Positions 39,440 through 52,660 of a stretch of 64,000 nt of DNA are shown here, piece by piece. Under the pieces are notes generated by a model. It searched no databases. It was given only the letters and a program-made list of their open reading frames with translations, and was not told the DNA's origin. The stretch lies in NCBI RefSeq assembly GCF_963921235.1, contig NC_086102.1, positions 122,140,001 through 122,204,000 on the forward strand, given 5' to 3'. Numbering within the stretch: position 1 is the first letter of the stretch; each line of letters starts with the position of its first letter. This DNA is from Mobula hypostoma (taxonomy: Eukaryota). The translations under genes were made by a program, and so were the position numbers.

Positions 39440-40095
39440 TGCTGTGTAAACTGTCATCTTTGTGTCTCAACTCCTCTCTCTGTAATTGGATCTTGGACTT
39501 CTTGACAGTTAGTCCACGTTGGCAAAAACATCTCTAGCTCAAGGATGCTGAACACTGGCAACCCCCAGGGCTGCGTGCTCAGGTCACTGCTGACGCATGA
39601 CTCCACTGCTAGATTCAGTTCCAAACAAATCATCAAGTTCACCGATAACACAACAGCGGTTGCCCTCATCAACAATGACAAGACAGATTAAGGTGGCTGA
39701 TGGAAAAGCCACCAGGAGCACTTCATACACAGAGCTATCAGCATTGTCAATGAACCCTACCAGCCGTCCAACAATCTCTTTGACCCCCTACCATCAGGCA
39801 GGAGGTACCGTAGCATCAGGACAAGAACTGATAAGGTAGGAAACAGATTCTTCCCCAAGCCGTGAGGCTACTGAACTCCCTGCCACCACCAGGTCTCACC
39901 ATGTATGAACTGCCAGTAGCATTATATTATTTACTTTTTAACTTGTGACGTGAATGCTCGTTATTACTGGTTAACTTATTGGTGGTAATATTACTTTGCT
40001 TTGTGTGCGAGTTGTACATACTGTATTGTGTACCTTCGGCCAGAGGAACTTGTTTCGTTTGGCGGTATACATGCATATATGGTTAAGATAACAAT
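39440..40095 (+). mobile_element. Rex-Babar LINE 3' fragment
   Basis: [24 protein letters not shown] and SFFPQAVRLLN-like remnants. Confidence 0.7.
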
Positions 40096-40439
40096 AAACA
40101 ATCTGGAATTTGAACTTCAGATTGGGATAGTGAACTATTCCTCCCTATTCAAATTAAATCAGCTAATTTACACATAAGACCTCTGAAATTTCCAGAGACT
40201 AGTGGCTAGATATACTCATTAAAACACCAAGACTCATTGTTGCAAATTGAATAGATAATTTTACATAACTAGATATTTTAACATTATTATGCTAATACAT
40301 CACAATTTGTGAAGAGAAAATAATGCAAGAGAAAATTTGTATGAAAAAAAAACTTAAAACAGTACTAATAAGATTATTTTTTTCAATATACCTCATTACC
40401 AGATTACCATGAGAAACAACATTCTAGTCAAAGCCTTAC

Positions 40440-40588
40440 CTGCCGAGCCTTTGTTATTGAGGACAGCTTCAAGCTGGTTGCAAAGGTTGACAATATTATG
40501 TAGCTGTCGATTTGGCTGCAGATCTTTCACCCACGCTGGAGCATGACATACTGGACAGCCATTCCCAATAGAATCAGCAACGCAAGCA
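40440..40588 (-). CDS. BARD1: BARD1 coding exon 3 (149 bp)
   Basis: TTTACAG acceptor and GTAAG donor. Translates (R)ACVADSIGNGCPVCHAPAWVKDLQPNRQLHNIVNLCNQLEAVLNNKGSA, cf. human [35 protein letters not shown]. Completes the C3HC4 RING. Confidence 0.95.
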
Positions 40589-41605
40589 CTGTAAAGCAGC
40601 AGAGACTTCCATTTGTATGTAAACAATTACTGCTCTCCATCAGATCATTAGCTTCATATTTTCTTCACCTGTCCTTTTCCAAAAATCATATCAAGCCATC
40701 TTTCACCATGTGAAAGTGGAGTCAAGCAACTTAATTTTACCCAAAAGCTACTCTACATGCTTCTGGGCCATTAGTCTTACAGCCATTCTCTCAGTACAAG
40801 TGAGGGCACCTTGACTTTACTCAAAACTGCCCATAAGACTGCAAAGAAAATGAATGAAATTAAAAAGAACACTGCAAATGTTGAACATATTTAAAAGAAA
40901 ACCATAAAATGCTTGAAACTTGCAAAAGATCAGACAGCACATGCAAGAAAATAGTAAGGGTAGACCACCATCAATGAATCAAAATCCAATTTATTTAACC
41001 AATCTTGATAGGATAATCCTTTCTTCATAGAACTTCGCCTAATCAATACATTTTGATTTGCCTCCAAAGTTAGTATATTATTTATAAATGGACCAAATCT
41101 GTACATAGTACTCCAAGTGTGATTTGACTAACATTACTGCACAAATGTAACAATATTTCTAAACTCGAACTGTCTTGTAATAATGTCAATATGCCATTTG
41201 GTTTCCTATTTGCTGTACCTCCCTTTTATTTTAGTAACTCATAGCAATAGATCCTTCTGAACTCTACTCACTTGCAGTTCCTCTCCATTTCAACAATTTT
41301 GTCTTTGCTGACTTCAATCTTTTCCATGTTAAACTCCATTGGCCAAGTTTTTGCCGACTCATGTAATCTATTTCAGTCCTATTGAAGAGACCAAATATCC
41401 TCAGTGAAGCTTGTCCTTCTCACCTATTTCTGTGTCAATGAATACCTTACGCTCTACTCCCCGCCCACATCAATATAAACAGCAAACAACTGGAGCCAAG
41501 AACTAATCCTCAGGGCACTCCACTGCATGCATCCTTCAATCTAAAATAAAGACCCATTTATTCTGACAATCTCACTTCTATGTGACAACCACATTACAAC
41601 CATCA

Positions 41606-41790
41606 TTTTAGATCTCCCACTCCCCCTCCCACTTTCAAATCTCTTACTAGCTCTTTTCTCAGTTAGTCCTGACGAAGGGTCTCAGCCCAAAACATCGATT
41701 GTACCTCTTCCTAGAGATGCTGCCTGGCCTGCTGCGTTCAACTTTGATGTGTGCTGCTTGAATTTCCAGCATCTGCAGAGTTCCTCGTGT
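41606..41790 (+). mobile_element. Short Penelope-like 3' end with hammerhead motif
   Basis: AGTCCTGACGAAGGGTCTCAGCCCAAAACATCGA; TSD TTACAACCAT. Confidence 0.8.
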
Positions 41791-43669
41791 TTACAACCAT
41801 GATAAAACACTTCTCCCTGTAATAAAAATCTTAATCACATGTACCAGCATGTAGCCCCTTGTCAAATATCTTTTGAAAACCAAATACACTACACCTACAA
41901 GTCTCCCTCTATTGACTTTACTTGTTACAACCTTGAAGAATTCCAGTGAATGTGTCAAACATGACAGAGCCTTAATAAAATCACGTTGATATGGCTTGAT
42001 TACATTAGGATTTTACAAATGACAGAAGAGACCTCTCTGAGCAGACTCCTTCAGAGACATGCTGATAAACTGCATGAAAAGGGGAGGAAAGTGTGTGCAT
42101 TTGTGCATTTACACATGAAAATCAGATACAAAATAAGGCAGAGGAAAAGGGAGCAAAAAGTCATAAACAGAATTTTCAAAATCTAATGAACTATTTAAAG
42201 CTATCCTTTCAGTGATAGTGGAGTATTCAGAAGACATTTCACATGTGTGGGTGTATACACAACTGCCTGTACTAGCATTAACTTTAATTGCTAAAAACAT
42301 TACTGTCGATTATTACTGTATTAAGAAAGGCCTCTTTGACCTAACCTCTCATTTAACTCTAAATTATTTTGAAGTTTCACATGCAACCATTTCAATATTA
42401 ATGTGCAGTGGAAAATAATTGACTTCTATACAACTTAATGTAAGTAATAATGACCAACTGAATTTCCCCCCCACTCCCACTGAAGTAAGCAGGAATAGCC
42501 TACCTATATGAACTCTTCCAGTCAGCAGCATGAATATTTACTAACAAAGGTGATATTACATTTCTTAGCAAAGGTATTATAATTAATATTTAATTTTAAA
42601 AAGCAGCTGAGCGATGACTTACTTTCATAATTAAGACACATTTTGAGCTGCACAAGTTAAGTTATTCTCTGGGGTCCATAATTCTATAGACTGTTTCACA
42701 AGTCTTTTCTAAAGCAAATCTAATTACCATTCCTACCAGCTTCTCTCTTCAATAATAGCAAAATGAATGTTACTTTATTTTCTCCAATATATGAAGACAC
42801 ATTTTCAGCTTCATGCCACACCAGTGCAATGAATTGCCACTGCTGCCAAGATCCAACGCCAAAAGAAGAGAACACCTTGATCTTTGCTGTGGGCGGGGGA
42901 CTTCAGGGTCATTATGCAGGATACATCAAATGCCTTTCCTCAGCAACAATCACTGTGACCATCAGAAAAAAATGTCAGACAATTGATTACACATCCTGTT
43001 TAAAAGATTGCTAAGACAGAACCATCGATCAAACTTAATATCCCTGACCTATGCTGGCCAACTATGCCTATGACAAAACAAAAAATATTAAATGACTACA
43101 TCCCAGATAATCCCACAGATCAGTCATCTGTCAACATCAATATAACATTCCTACTCTACAACAGTCTACACTTCTAAAGCACTTCATTGGCAGTAAAGTA
43201 TCTTCTGATATCCCAAGGCCATGAACAGTACTTCACTGAGAATACTTCTTCATTTTTAAATGTAGAAACTTGGCAGTGGCAAGGACACCAACATTTCAAA
43301 AATTTTACGACTTTGACACAGGGATGATAAAAGAACAGCAACACACTTCCAAATCAGGTTGGTTTGAAGGCAACTTTTCACGTGGTGTTGTTCCCATGCT
43401 CTTTGCCCTTCTAACTTGTAGAGGTCAGTGTGTAAGGTACCATGTATGAAGTTTCGATGGTAGTGTATTCAGCAATGATACAAACTGCTGCTACTGTATA
43501 CTTGATCATGGAGTAAGCAAATGGTTATGGATGGGGTGCCTAACCAGCAGGCTGATATATCTGTACGATGTCATTTTTTTTTTGTTTGTTTTTGAGTAAT
43601 GTTGAAGCTGCACTCATCTAAGTAAATAGAGATCACTCTTAACACATTCTGGACAAGCCAAGTAAATGA

Positions 43670-43972
43670 AGATTAGCTTCATTTGTCACATGCACATCAA
43701 AATATGGAAACATACAGTGATATGCACTGCTTGCATCAATGACCAACAAAGTTCGAGATGTGTTGGGGACAGCCCGCAAGAGTCGTCACGTTGCTGGCAC
43801 CAACATAATATGCTCACAACTTACTAACCTGAACCTGGACACTTTGGAATGAGGGAGGAAATGGAGCACGTGGAGGAAACCCATAGGTTTACAGGGAGAG
43901 CACACAGACTCCTTACAAACAACGGCAGGAACTGAACCCCATCTTACAGATAGCTGCTACACCACCATGCCA
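43670..43972 (-). mobile_element. tRNA-derived V-SINE (HE1-like)
   Basis: Minus strand has an A-box-like GGCATGGTGGTGTAGC, a B-box-like GGGTTCAGTTCC and the V-domain GGGTTTCCTCCACGTGCTCCATTTCCTCCC. Confidence 0.7.
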
Positions 43973-45369
43973 CTCTCAAGCTTTGGGAAGTTAGGAGGTG
44001 AGTTACTTGTCACAGAATTCCGAGCCTCTAACTTAATCTTGTAGCCACATTGTGTAAATGGCTACTCCTGTTCACTTTCTGGCCAATGGTACCCTCCCCC
44101 CAACCAGATATTGATGAGGGTAGGGGGTTGATTGGGGGATTGTAAGTGATGGTAACGCCTTTGAATGCCAGAGGGCGATAGCGGGATTTTCTCTTGTTGG
44201 ATAGTCATTGTCTGGCACAATTGTTACCTCCCATTTATCAGTACAGGCCTGGATATTATCCAGGTCTTGCGGCATTTTGTTGCAGACTGCTTCAAGATCT
44301 GAGGAGCCTCCTCCTTGAGCACTGTGGCTCTTGGGGTTCATGGATAACCAATCATTAATCCAAATTTCAACAAAAAATTGATGCTTTAATAATTTTACAA
44401 AACTGATGAAAGTGGATAAAAAGAGAAAACAGGAAGAAAAGCAAATGTCATTTTTAAAAGCGTTTCAGAAAATGTCTGTACAAACCACAATACTGTGATT
44501 CTCTCAAGATTTACAAAAAATTATAATGCAGAACACCAAATATTATAAATCAAATCAAAATAAACAATAATTTTATGCCAGTCAGCAACCACAACAGATG
44601 GTGCAGTAGGAAAGGAATACAAGAATAATTTTGTTTAACATTTCAAAGAAGTACTCTTCCATTTCAGACATTATTAGACTTGCTAGATATTTCCAGCATG
44701 CCACATGTTATGGAGTTTAACATATGGGTTTTCAAGCTTCAGTCTTCAAATTCATAAGGGATTTCAAGGTTTATGACAATGAGTTTCAAGGGGGATTGAT
44801 AATCAAGTGAACGAGAGGCCTGTGGATGTGGAAAGGACAGGTCGGCTGTCAAATTATATTTTCTCCAAAACCTTTGAATGCATCTTCCACTGAGATCCAT
44901 GGAAGGTCAGTCCATAACCAGGCAATTCCCAAGCAGATATGTAGCGCAGCTTTCACTTAACAGAGCAAAGATTATGCGATTTCTGCTCTGCCTCATGGAG
45001 CTCAAACGAGCAAAATTAGTCACACATTTTCCAGCTTAAGGAAATGAACCAGCTGAACCACACTAGTGAATTTAGAGTACGTAAAGAACCCAACTAAATC
45101 AATAGGACAAAAATCTGCTGGTAAGAAAGTTAATAAAGCTTTTTATTTGTTATACTGTAGATGCAACCAGCTGGCAGCATACTCCTGCTCAATGGTGCAT
45201 AGAATCAAAAATCTTAGAACAGCAGGTGATCAGTCCCATTTTTCGGATATTGTGATAAAGACTTCAAGAAACTAAAAAGAACTTTTCATTTTTTTACAAA
45301 CCGACCTTAATATTTACAATTCTCAGTTAAAAGTATCTTCCCTTGACAGCTTTGTGCATGGTATTAAAC

Positions 45370-46340
45370 TGAGTCTGGTAGAGGGCTTAAAGGGCCCTGC
45401 GGCTGATATAGTGAGGTTCCTCAATGCAGAAAATCCATTAGCCACCTTAGCTGCAAGCTCTGGAAGATGCTTTTGGCAGTCAGAAGTGCAGCCAATCATA
45501 GGACGAAGGTTAGACACACATTCCAGGAGAAAGAAGAGAAATTGTCTGCCTACACTTTCAGATTGGAGAAGCTGCTACATTGTTTGTGCCACTAAGGGGG
45601 AATTCAAATGCCTGAGAGAAATTGCTTGAGGATGGCGCAAGTTGTGAAGGGCGCCCTGAAACATGACATGATTGCTACACGTATTCTAATAACCTGCAAA
45701 TGCACCCTCCCCCATCTTTTACCAAGTTACTCAGAGAAGCCACAAAGAGGAGGAAAACGCGATGGAGGAGCGGGGGGCCTCCGTCAGCAGGACAAAGTCC
45801 TTAGTAGTAGCTTCTCTTGCTAAAGCAACCCCTGATGCCACACAAGCGAGGGTTTTGCAGGATGTCATGAAAAATCTGAGGGCCAAGGTATTTTGACTTA
45901 TATCAGTTAGTGCTACTATCAAGCATGACAAGACCAATAAGAAGCCAGATCCACTGGTGGGACATACCAAGGCAAACGCCACTACAGCGGCATCCCTTGA
46001 CCAGGGAAGTGATCAGTATTTTCTGTTACAACTGTGGAGGAGATGGACATTTCAAGCGGGAGTGTGAAGAACAGGAAAATCTTTGGAAAGTAAATCAGCG
46101 GTTAATCAAACAGCGAAGAAAAGAGGTAAAATTACAGAGGGACGCAGTAAAGCAATGGGCTGGCATTTCAGAGAGGATATGTTCCTATCAGTGTAGCAAG
46201 GGAAATATTAAAGAACAAAACATTTTTCCTGAAGGTTTAGTAGGACCAAGGTCTATCTATATGGATTGAAAGTGTTTATGCTAGAGCCATACTTGACACA
46301 GATTCTCAAGTTACTTTGCTTTATAGATCCTTTTACAACC
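45370..46340 (+). mobile_element. Gypsy PNMA-type gag-protease fragment
   Basis: LVEGLKGPAADIVRFL, zinc knuckle CYNCGGDGHFKREC, PEGLVGP and protease-like AILDTDSQVT; frameshifted, no LTR found. Confidence 0.8.
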
Positions 46341-46344
46341 AGTC

Positions 46345-49300
46345 TCTGAGGCAGAACATTCCTCAGTAAGGGCCTCACCTTTGTCCCCATCCTCCCACAC
46401 CACAGTGAGTCCGCCCCCGCCATGACACTGAGCTCTTCTTCTGCTGCCTCTGTCTCCGTGCCTACTTCTTTAGCAAGGACTCTACACCCCACACCGATGA
46501 CCCCTTCTCCCATCTTCAACCTTCCTCCTCCTCCTCCTGGACACCCCACCCTGATCTCCTGTCTGCCCTGGATCTTATCATTGCCAACTACCAACCGGTT
46601 ATGAACCATCTCGACCTCCACACTTCTTTCTCCAATTCCAACCTCACTCCTTCCAAATGCTCTGCTCTCCGCACTAATCTTAACCTCACCATCAAACCCG
46701 CAGATAAGAGTGTGCTGTAGTAGTCTGGCGGACTGACCTCTACGTTACTGAGGCCTAGCGACAACTGTCAGACACCTCCTCTTACTTAACCATTGAACAG
46801 GATCCCACTAAGGAGCATCAGGCCATTGTCTCCCACACCATCACCAACCTTATTAACTCTGAGGATCTCCCATCCATTGTCACCTACCTCATAGTTCCCT
46901 TACCCTGCACCTCCCGTTTCTACCTCCTACGCAAGATCCAAAAATCTTCCTGTCCAGGTAGACCCACTGTTTTTGCTTGTTCCTGCCCCACTCAACTCAT
47001 ATCTGCATATCGCGACTCAATTTTGTTTCCACACCCCCACCCCCACCGGTTCAGTCCATTCCTACCTATATCCGTGACACTTATAATTCCCTGGCTGAGC
47101 ATCTTATTTTCACTAAGGATGTCCAGTCCCTATACACCTCCATCCCCCACCAGGAAAGCCTTAAACCTCTCCATTTCTTTCGGGACACAGACCCAATCAA
47201 TTCCCCTCCACCACCACTCTCCTCCGTCTGGCAGAACCTGTCCTCACTCTCAATAACTTCTCCTTTGGTTCCTCTCCCTTCCTTCAAACAAAAGGTGTAG
47301 CCATAGGTACTCACATGGGTCCAGCTATGCCTGCCTTTTAGTCGGCTACGTGGAACAGCCGACGTTCAAAGCCCACACTGGTGTCACTCCCCAACTTTTC
47401 TGACGCTACATCAACAGCTGCATTGGTGCTGCTTCCTGTATCCATGCTGAGCTCTTCGATCTCATTAACTTCGCCTCCAACTTCCGCCCTGCCCTCAAAT
47501 TTACCTGGTCCATTTCTGACACCTAAAAACATAGAAAATAGGTGCAGGAGTAGGCCATTCGGCCCTTCAAGCCTGCACCACCATTCAGTATGATCATGGC
47601 TGATCATCCAACTCAGAACCCTGTACCAGCCTTCCCTCCATACCCCCCGATCCCTTTAGCCACAAGGGCCATATCTAACTCCCTCTTAAATATAGTCAAT
47701 GAACTGGCTTCAACTGTTTCCTGTGGCAGAGAATTCCACAGATTCACCACTCTCTGTGAAGAAGTTTTTCCTAATCTCGGTCCTAAAAGGCTTCCACTTT
47801 ATCCTCAAACTGTGACCCCTCGTTCTGGACTTCCCCAACATCGGGAGCAATCTTCCTGCATCTAGCCTGTCCAATCCCTTTAGGATTTTATATGTTTCAA
47901 TAAGATCCCCCCTCAATCTTCTAAATTCCAATGAGTATAAACCTAGTCGATCCAGTCTTTCATCATATGAAAGTCCTGCCATCCTAGGAATCAATCTGGT
48001 GAACCTTCTTTGTACTCCCTCTATGGCAAGGATGTCTTTCCTCAGATTAGGGGACCAAAACTGCACACAATATTCCAGGTGTGGTCTCACCAAGGCCTTG
48101 TACAACTGCAGTAGTACCTCCCTGCTCCTGTACTTGAATCCTCTTGCTATGAATGCCAGCATACCATTCGCCCTTTTCACCGCCTGCTGTACCTGCATGC
48201 CCACTTTCAATGACTGGTGTATAATGACACCCAGGTCTCGTTGCACCTCCCCTTTTCCTAATCGGCCACCATTCAGATAATAATCTGTTTTCCTGTTTTT
48301 GCCACCAAAGTGGATAACCTCACATTTATCCACATTAAATTGCATCTGCCATGAATTTGCCCACTCACCTAACCTATCCAAGTCACCCTGCATCCTCTTA
48401 GCATCCTCCTCACAGCTAACACTGCCGCCCAGCTTCCTGTCATCCGCAAATTTGGAGATGCTGCATTTAATTCCCTCATCCAAGTCATTAATATATATTG
48501 TAAACAACGGGGTCCCAGCACTGAGCCTTGCGGTACCCCACTAGTCACTGCCTGCCATTCTGAAAAGGTCCCGTTTATTCCCACTCTTTGCTTCCTGTCT
48601 GCCAACCAATTCTCTATCCACATCAATACCTTACCCCCAATACCGTGTGCTTTAAGTTTGCACACTAATCTCCTGTGTGGGACCTTGTCAAAAGCCTTTT
48701 GAAAATCCAAATATACCACATCCACTGGTTCTCCCCTATCCACTCTACTAGTTACATCCTCAAAAAATTCTATGAGATTCGTCAGACATGATTTTCCTTT
48801 CACAAATCCATGCTGACTTTGTCCGATCATTTCACCGCTTTCCAAATGTGCTGTTATCACACCTTTGATAACTGGCTCTAGCATTTTCCCCACCACCGAT
48901 GTCAGGCTAACCGGTCTATAATTCCCCGGTTTCTCTCTCCCTCCTCTTTTAAAAAGTGGGGTTACATTAGCCACCTTCCAATCCTCAGGAACTAGTCCAG
49001 AATCTAGAGTTTTGAAAAATTATCACTAATGCATCCACTATTTCTTGGGCTACTTCCTTAAGCACTCTGGGATGCAGACCATCTGGCCCTGGGGATTTAT
49101 CTGCCTTTAATCCCTTCAATTTACCTAACACCACTTCCCTACTAACATGTATTTCCCTCAGTTCCTCCATCTCACTGGACCCTCTGTCCCTTACTATTTC
49201 CGTAAGATTATTTATGTCCTCCTTAGTGAAGATAGAACCAAAGTAGTTATTTAGTTGGTCTGCCATGTGCTTACTCCCCATAATCAATTCACCTGTTTCT

Positions 49301-50685
49301 GTCTGTAGGGGACCTACATTTGTCTTAACCAATCTTTTTCTTTTCACATATCTATAAAAGTTTTTACAGTCAGTTTTTATGTTCCCTGCCAGTTTTCTCT
49401 CATAATCTTTTTTCCCCTTCCTAATTAAGCCCTTTGTCCTCCTCTGCTGGACTCTGAATTTCTCCCAGTCCTCAGGTGATACCTCCCTCCCCTTTCTCGA
49501 TCTCTGCCTCTATCTCTGAAGACAGCTTATCTACTGATGTCTATTATAAACCCACTTACTCTCACAGCTACTTGGACTATACCTCTTCGCACCCTGGTAC
49601 TTGTAAAAATGCCATCCCCTCTCTCAAATCCTCCTTCTCCATTGCATCTGCTCTCAGGGTGAGGCTTTTCATTCGAGAACGAAGATGATGTCCTCCTCCT
49701 TCAAAGAAAGGGGCTTCCCTTCCTGCACCATCAACAATGCCGTCACCTGCATCACTTCCATTTTGCACATCTGCCCTCAGTCTATCCTCCCACCACCCCA
49801 CCAGGGATAGGGTTCCTCCTGTCCTCACCTACCACCCCGCCAGCCTCCGCATCCAACACACAATTCTCTGTAACTTTTGCCATCTCCAATGGGATCCCAC
49901 TACTGAGCACAGCTTCCCCTCCCCCCCTCCAACTTTCTGCAGGGATCGCTCCCTATGCAACTCCCTTGTCCATTCGTCCCTCCCCTCTGATCTCCTTCTG
50001 AGGACTTAACTTTACAAGCAGAACAAATGCTGCACCTGCCCCTACACGTCCTCCCTCACTACCATTCAGGGCTCCAAACAGTCCTTCCAGGTGAGAGACA
50101 CTTCATCTGCAAGTATATTGGGGTCATCAACTCTATCCAGTGCTCCCAGCGTGGCCTCCTGTATACCGCAATGAGGCCATGTTCAGGTTGGACAAGCAAC
50201 ACCTTATATTCCGTCTGAGTAGCCTCCAACCTGATAGCATGAATGTTGATTTCTCAAACTTCGAGTATAGCCTCCACTCCATTCACATTTCCCCATTTCC
50301 CTCTCTCACCTTATCTCCTTACCTGCCCATCAACCTCCCTCTGGTGCTCCTTCCCCTTTTCTTTCTTCCATGGCCTTCTGTCCTCTCCAATCAGATTCCC
50401 CCTTCTCCAGCCCTGTATCTCTTTCACCAATCAATTTCCAAGCTCTTTACTTCACCCCTCCCCCATCCCAGTTTCACCTATCACCTCATGTTTCCTCCTC
50501 CCCTCCCCGCCACCTTCTAACTCTGACTTCTCATCTTTTTTTTTCTCCAGTCCTGATAAAGGAACTCGGCCTGAAACGTTGATTATATACTCTTCCATAG
50601 ATGCTACCTGGCTTGCTGAGTTCCTCCAGTATTTTGTGTGTGTTGCTTGGATTTCCAGCATCTGCAGATTTTCTCTTGTTTGTGA
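46345..50685 (+). mobile_element. Long decayed Penelope-like element split by a CR1
   Basis: IKPADK, FYLL.KI, DVQSLYTSIPH, MGP.YA and YYKPT..SYLDY.SSHP RT motifs, GIY-YIG remnant and hammerhead 3' end. Confidence 0.88.
47525..49476 (-). mobile_element. Young 5'-truncated CR1 LINE
   Basis: Near-intact RT across ORFs 48985-49347, 48369-48974 and 47710-48507. TSD TGACACCT/TGATACCT lies inside the Penelope WSISDTSLPF motif. Confidence 0.95.
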
Positions 50686-51282
50686 TTGGACTACATTGAT
50701 GGACTATTATTTTTACTCTGTAAGGTTGCACGAGGCATGCTAATGAACAGTACAAGGACAGCAAAGCAGTAAAGAAAGCTGCTTGAAAATATAATAGTAT
50801 AGTCTTGCAAAATGTCAATTTTAGTAAAGTATTCATCTACATGCAGTTACAGAAAAATAAATTTAGTTCACTGATTGATAGACCAGCTAAATTCTAAATT
50901 AGCAGGAAACAAAATATTTGGAAGATTTGCCACTTTCATCTGTTTGCAACCATGCAAGCTTGGAAACCCTAAACTCTAAAGAACTACAGCAATGATCTGA
51001 TTCTGTGATAACTAGACAACAACAGAATCCTTGAATTTTGAGACCAGATGAAGGCTCTTGACCCAAAATGTCAACTGCCCATTTCCCTCCAGATACTGCC
51101 TAATGTACTTTCCTCCAGCTCCCTTGTATGTTGTACAATTCATTGTTTGATATGACTATTTACTGATCCTCACACCTATTTTCCATAACCCCCTCACCTT
51201 GCCATCCTCAATTTTAAGGAGTTTTTGGTGTCAAATTTAGAGAAATGGGATTGAGAGAGTGACAAATTTGGAGAAATAGAGT

Positions 51283-51903
51283 TAAGTTCTTCGGCATACA
51301 CATCCTGAGGATCTCACATGGTCTGTACATACCGGCTGTGTGGTGAAAAAAGCACATCAGCGTCTCTTTCACTTCAGACAGTTGAAGAAGTTTGGCATGT
51401 GTCCCCAGATCTTAAGGACTTTCTACAGGGGCACAACTGAGAGCATCCTGACTGGTTGCATCACTGCCTGGTATGGGAACTGTACTTCCCTCAATCGCAA
51501 GACTCTGCAGAGAGTGGTGAGGACAGCCCAGCACATCTGTAGATGTGAACTTCCCACTATTCAGGACATTTACAAAGACAGGTATTTAAAAAGGGTGCTA
51601 AGGATCATTGGGGACCCAACTCACCCCAACCACAAACTGTTCCAGCTGCTACCATCCCAGAAACGATACCACAGCATAAAAGCCAGGACCAACAGGCTCC
51701 GGGACAGCTTCTCCCACCAGGCCATCAGACTGAATAATTCATGCTGATCTAATTGTATTTCTATGTTATATTGACGGTCCTGTTGTACATACTATTTATT
51801 ATAAATTACAATAAATTGCACATTGTACATTTAGATGGAGACGTAACGAAAAGATTTTTATTCATGTATGCGAAGGATGTAAGAAAAAAAGTTAATTCAA
51901 TTC
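51283..51903 (+). mobile_element. Rex-Babar LINE 3' fragment
   Basis: VKKAHQRLFHFRQLKKF..ESILTGCITAWYGNC..SFSHQAIRLNNS. Confidence 0.85.
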
Positions 51904-52029
51904 TTGCATTCCTGAAGAACTCGTCAATTTTACTACCTACTCTGATATCTATGTGCCTGTCTCAATTCACCCCTCCAAACTGACCTCTACACACTAAGTC
52001 CTTATCTATGATATCTCCTTCTTTTCTGG

Positions 52030-52660
52030 GTCTCTCTGTTTGCATCGCAGAAGACAAACTATTCACTGGCATTAACAATAGACCCACCAACTCCTGCAGC
52101 TACCTTCACAATACCTTGCCTATTTGCAAGGATACCATTCTTTTCTCTCATTTTTTTCGATCTTTGCCACATATTTTCTTAAGATAAGGCTTTCTGTTCC
52201 AGGACAATGGAAATGTTTTTCATCAGGGAACGTGCCTTCCCCTCTTCCATGGCTGATGAAGCCCTCACTCACATTTCCTCCATTTCCCAGAACAGAGACA
52301 GAATTCCCTCAGTCTTCACTTTTCATCCACCACATTATTCTTTGCCCTTTCCACTAGCTGCAATATGATCCCACCACCAGTCATACCTTCCCTTTCCCAC
52401 CCTCTTCTGCTTTCTGCAGGACCAATCTCTCATAATTCCCTGGTTGCTTACATCTACCTACCCATCATCCCTCCTCAGCCAGTTCACCTATCACCCGCCT
52501 GTCTCAATTCACCTCTCCAAACTGACCTCTACACACTAAGTCCTTATACAGGGTCTTAATCCAAAAAAATGACTATCCATTTGCTTCCACAGAGGCTGCT
52601 CTATCCACAAAGTTTCTCCTGCACTTTGTTTATGCTCCAGACCATAGAACCTGCAGTCCT
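52030..52660 (+). mobile_element. Old Penelope-like fragment
   Basis: Decayed similarity to 49500-50680, including a degenerate hammerhead end. Confidence 0.6.

Noticed and set aside
40589-40626. ORF-track N-terminal extension of BARD1 exon 3 (MFTYKWKSLLLYS)
   Set aside because: Intronic read-through upstream of the AG acceptor at 40589-40590.
45370-46340. PNMA-like host gene
   Set aside because: Frameshifts, stops and an adjoining protease motif indicate a Gypsy gag-pro relic.
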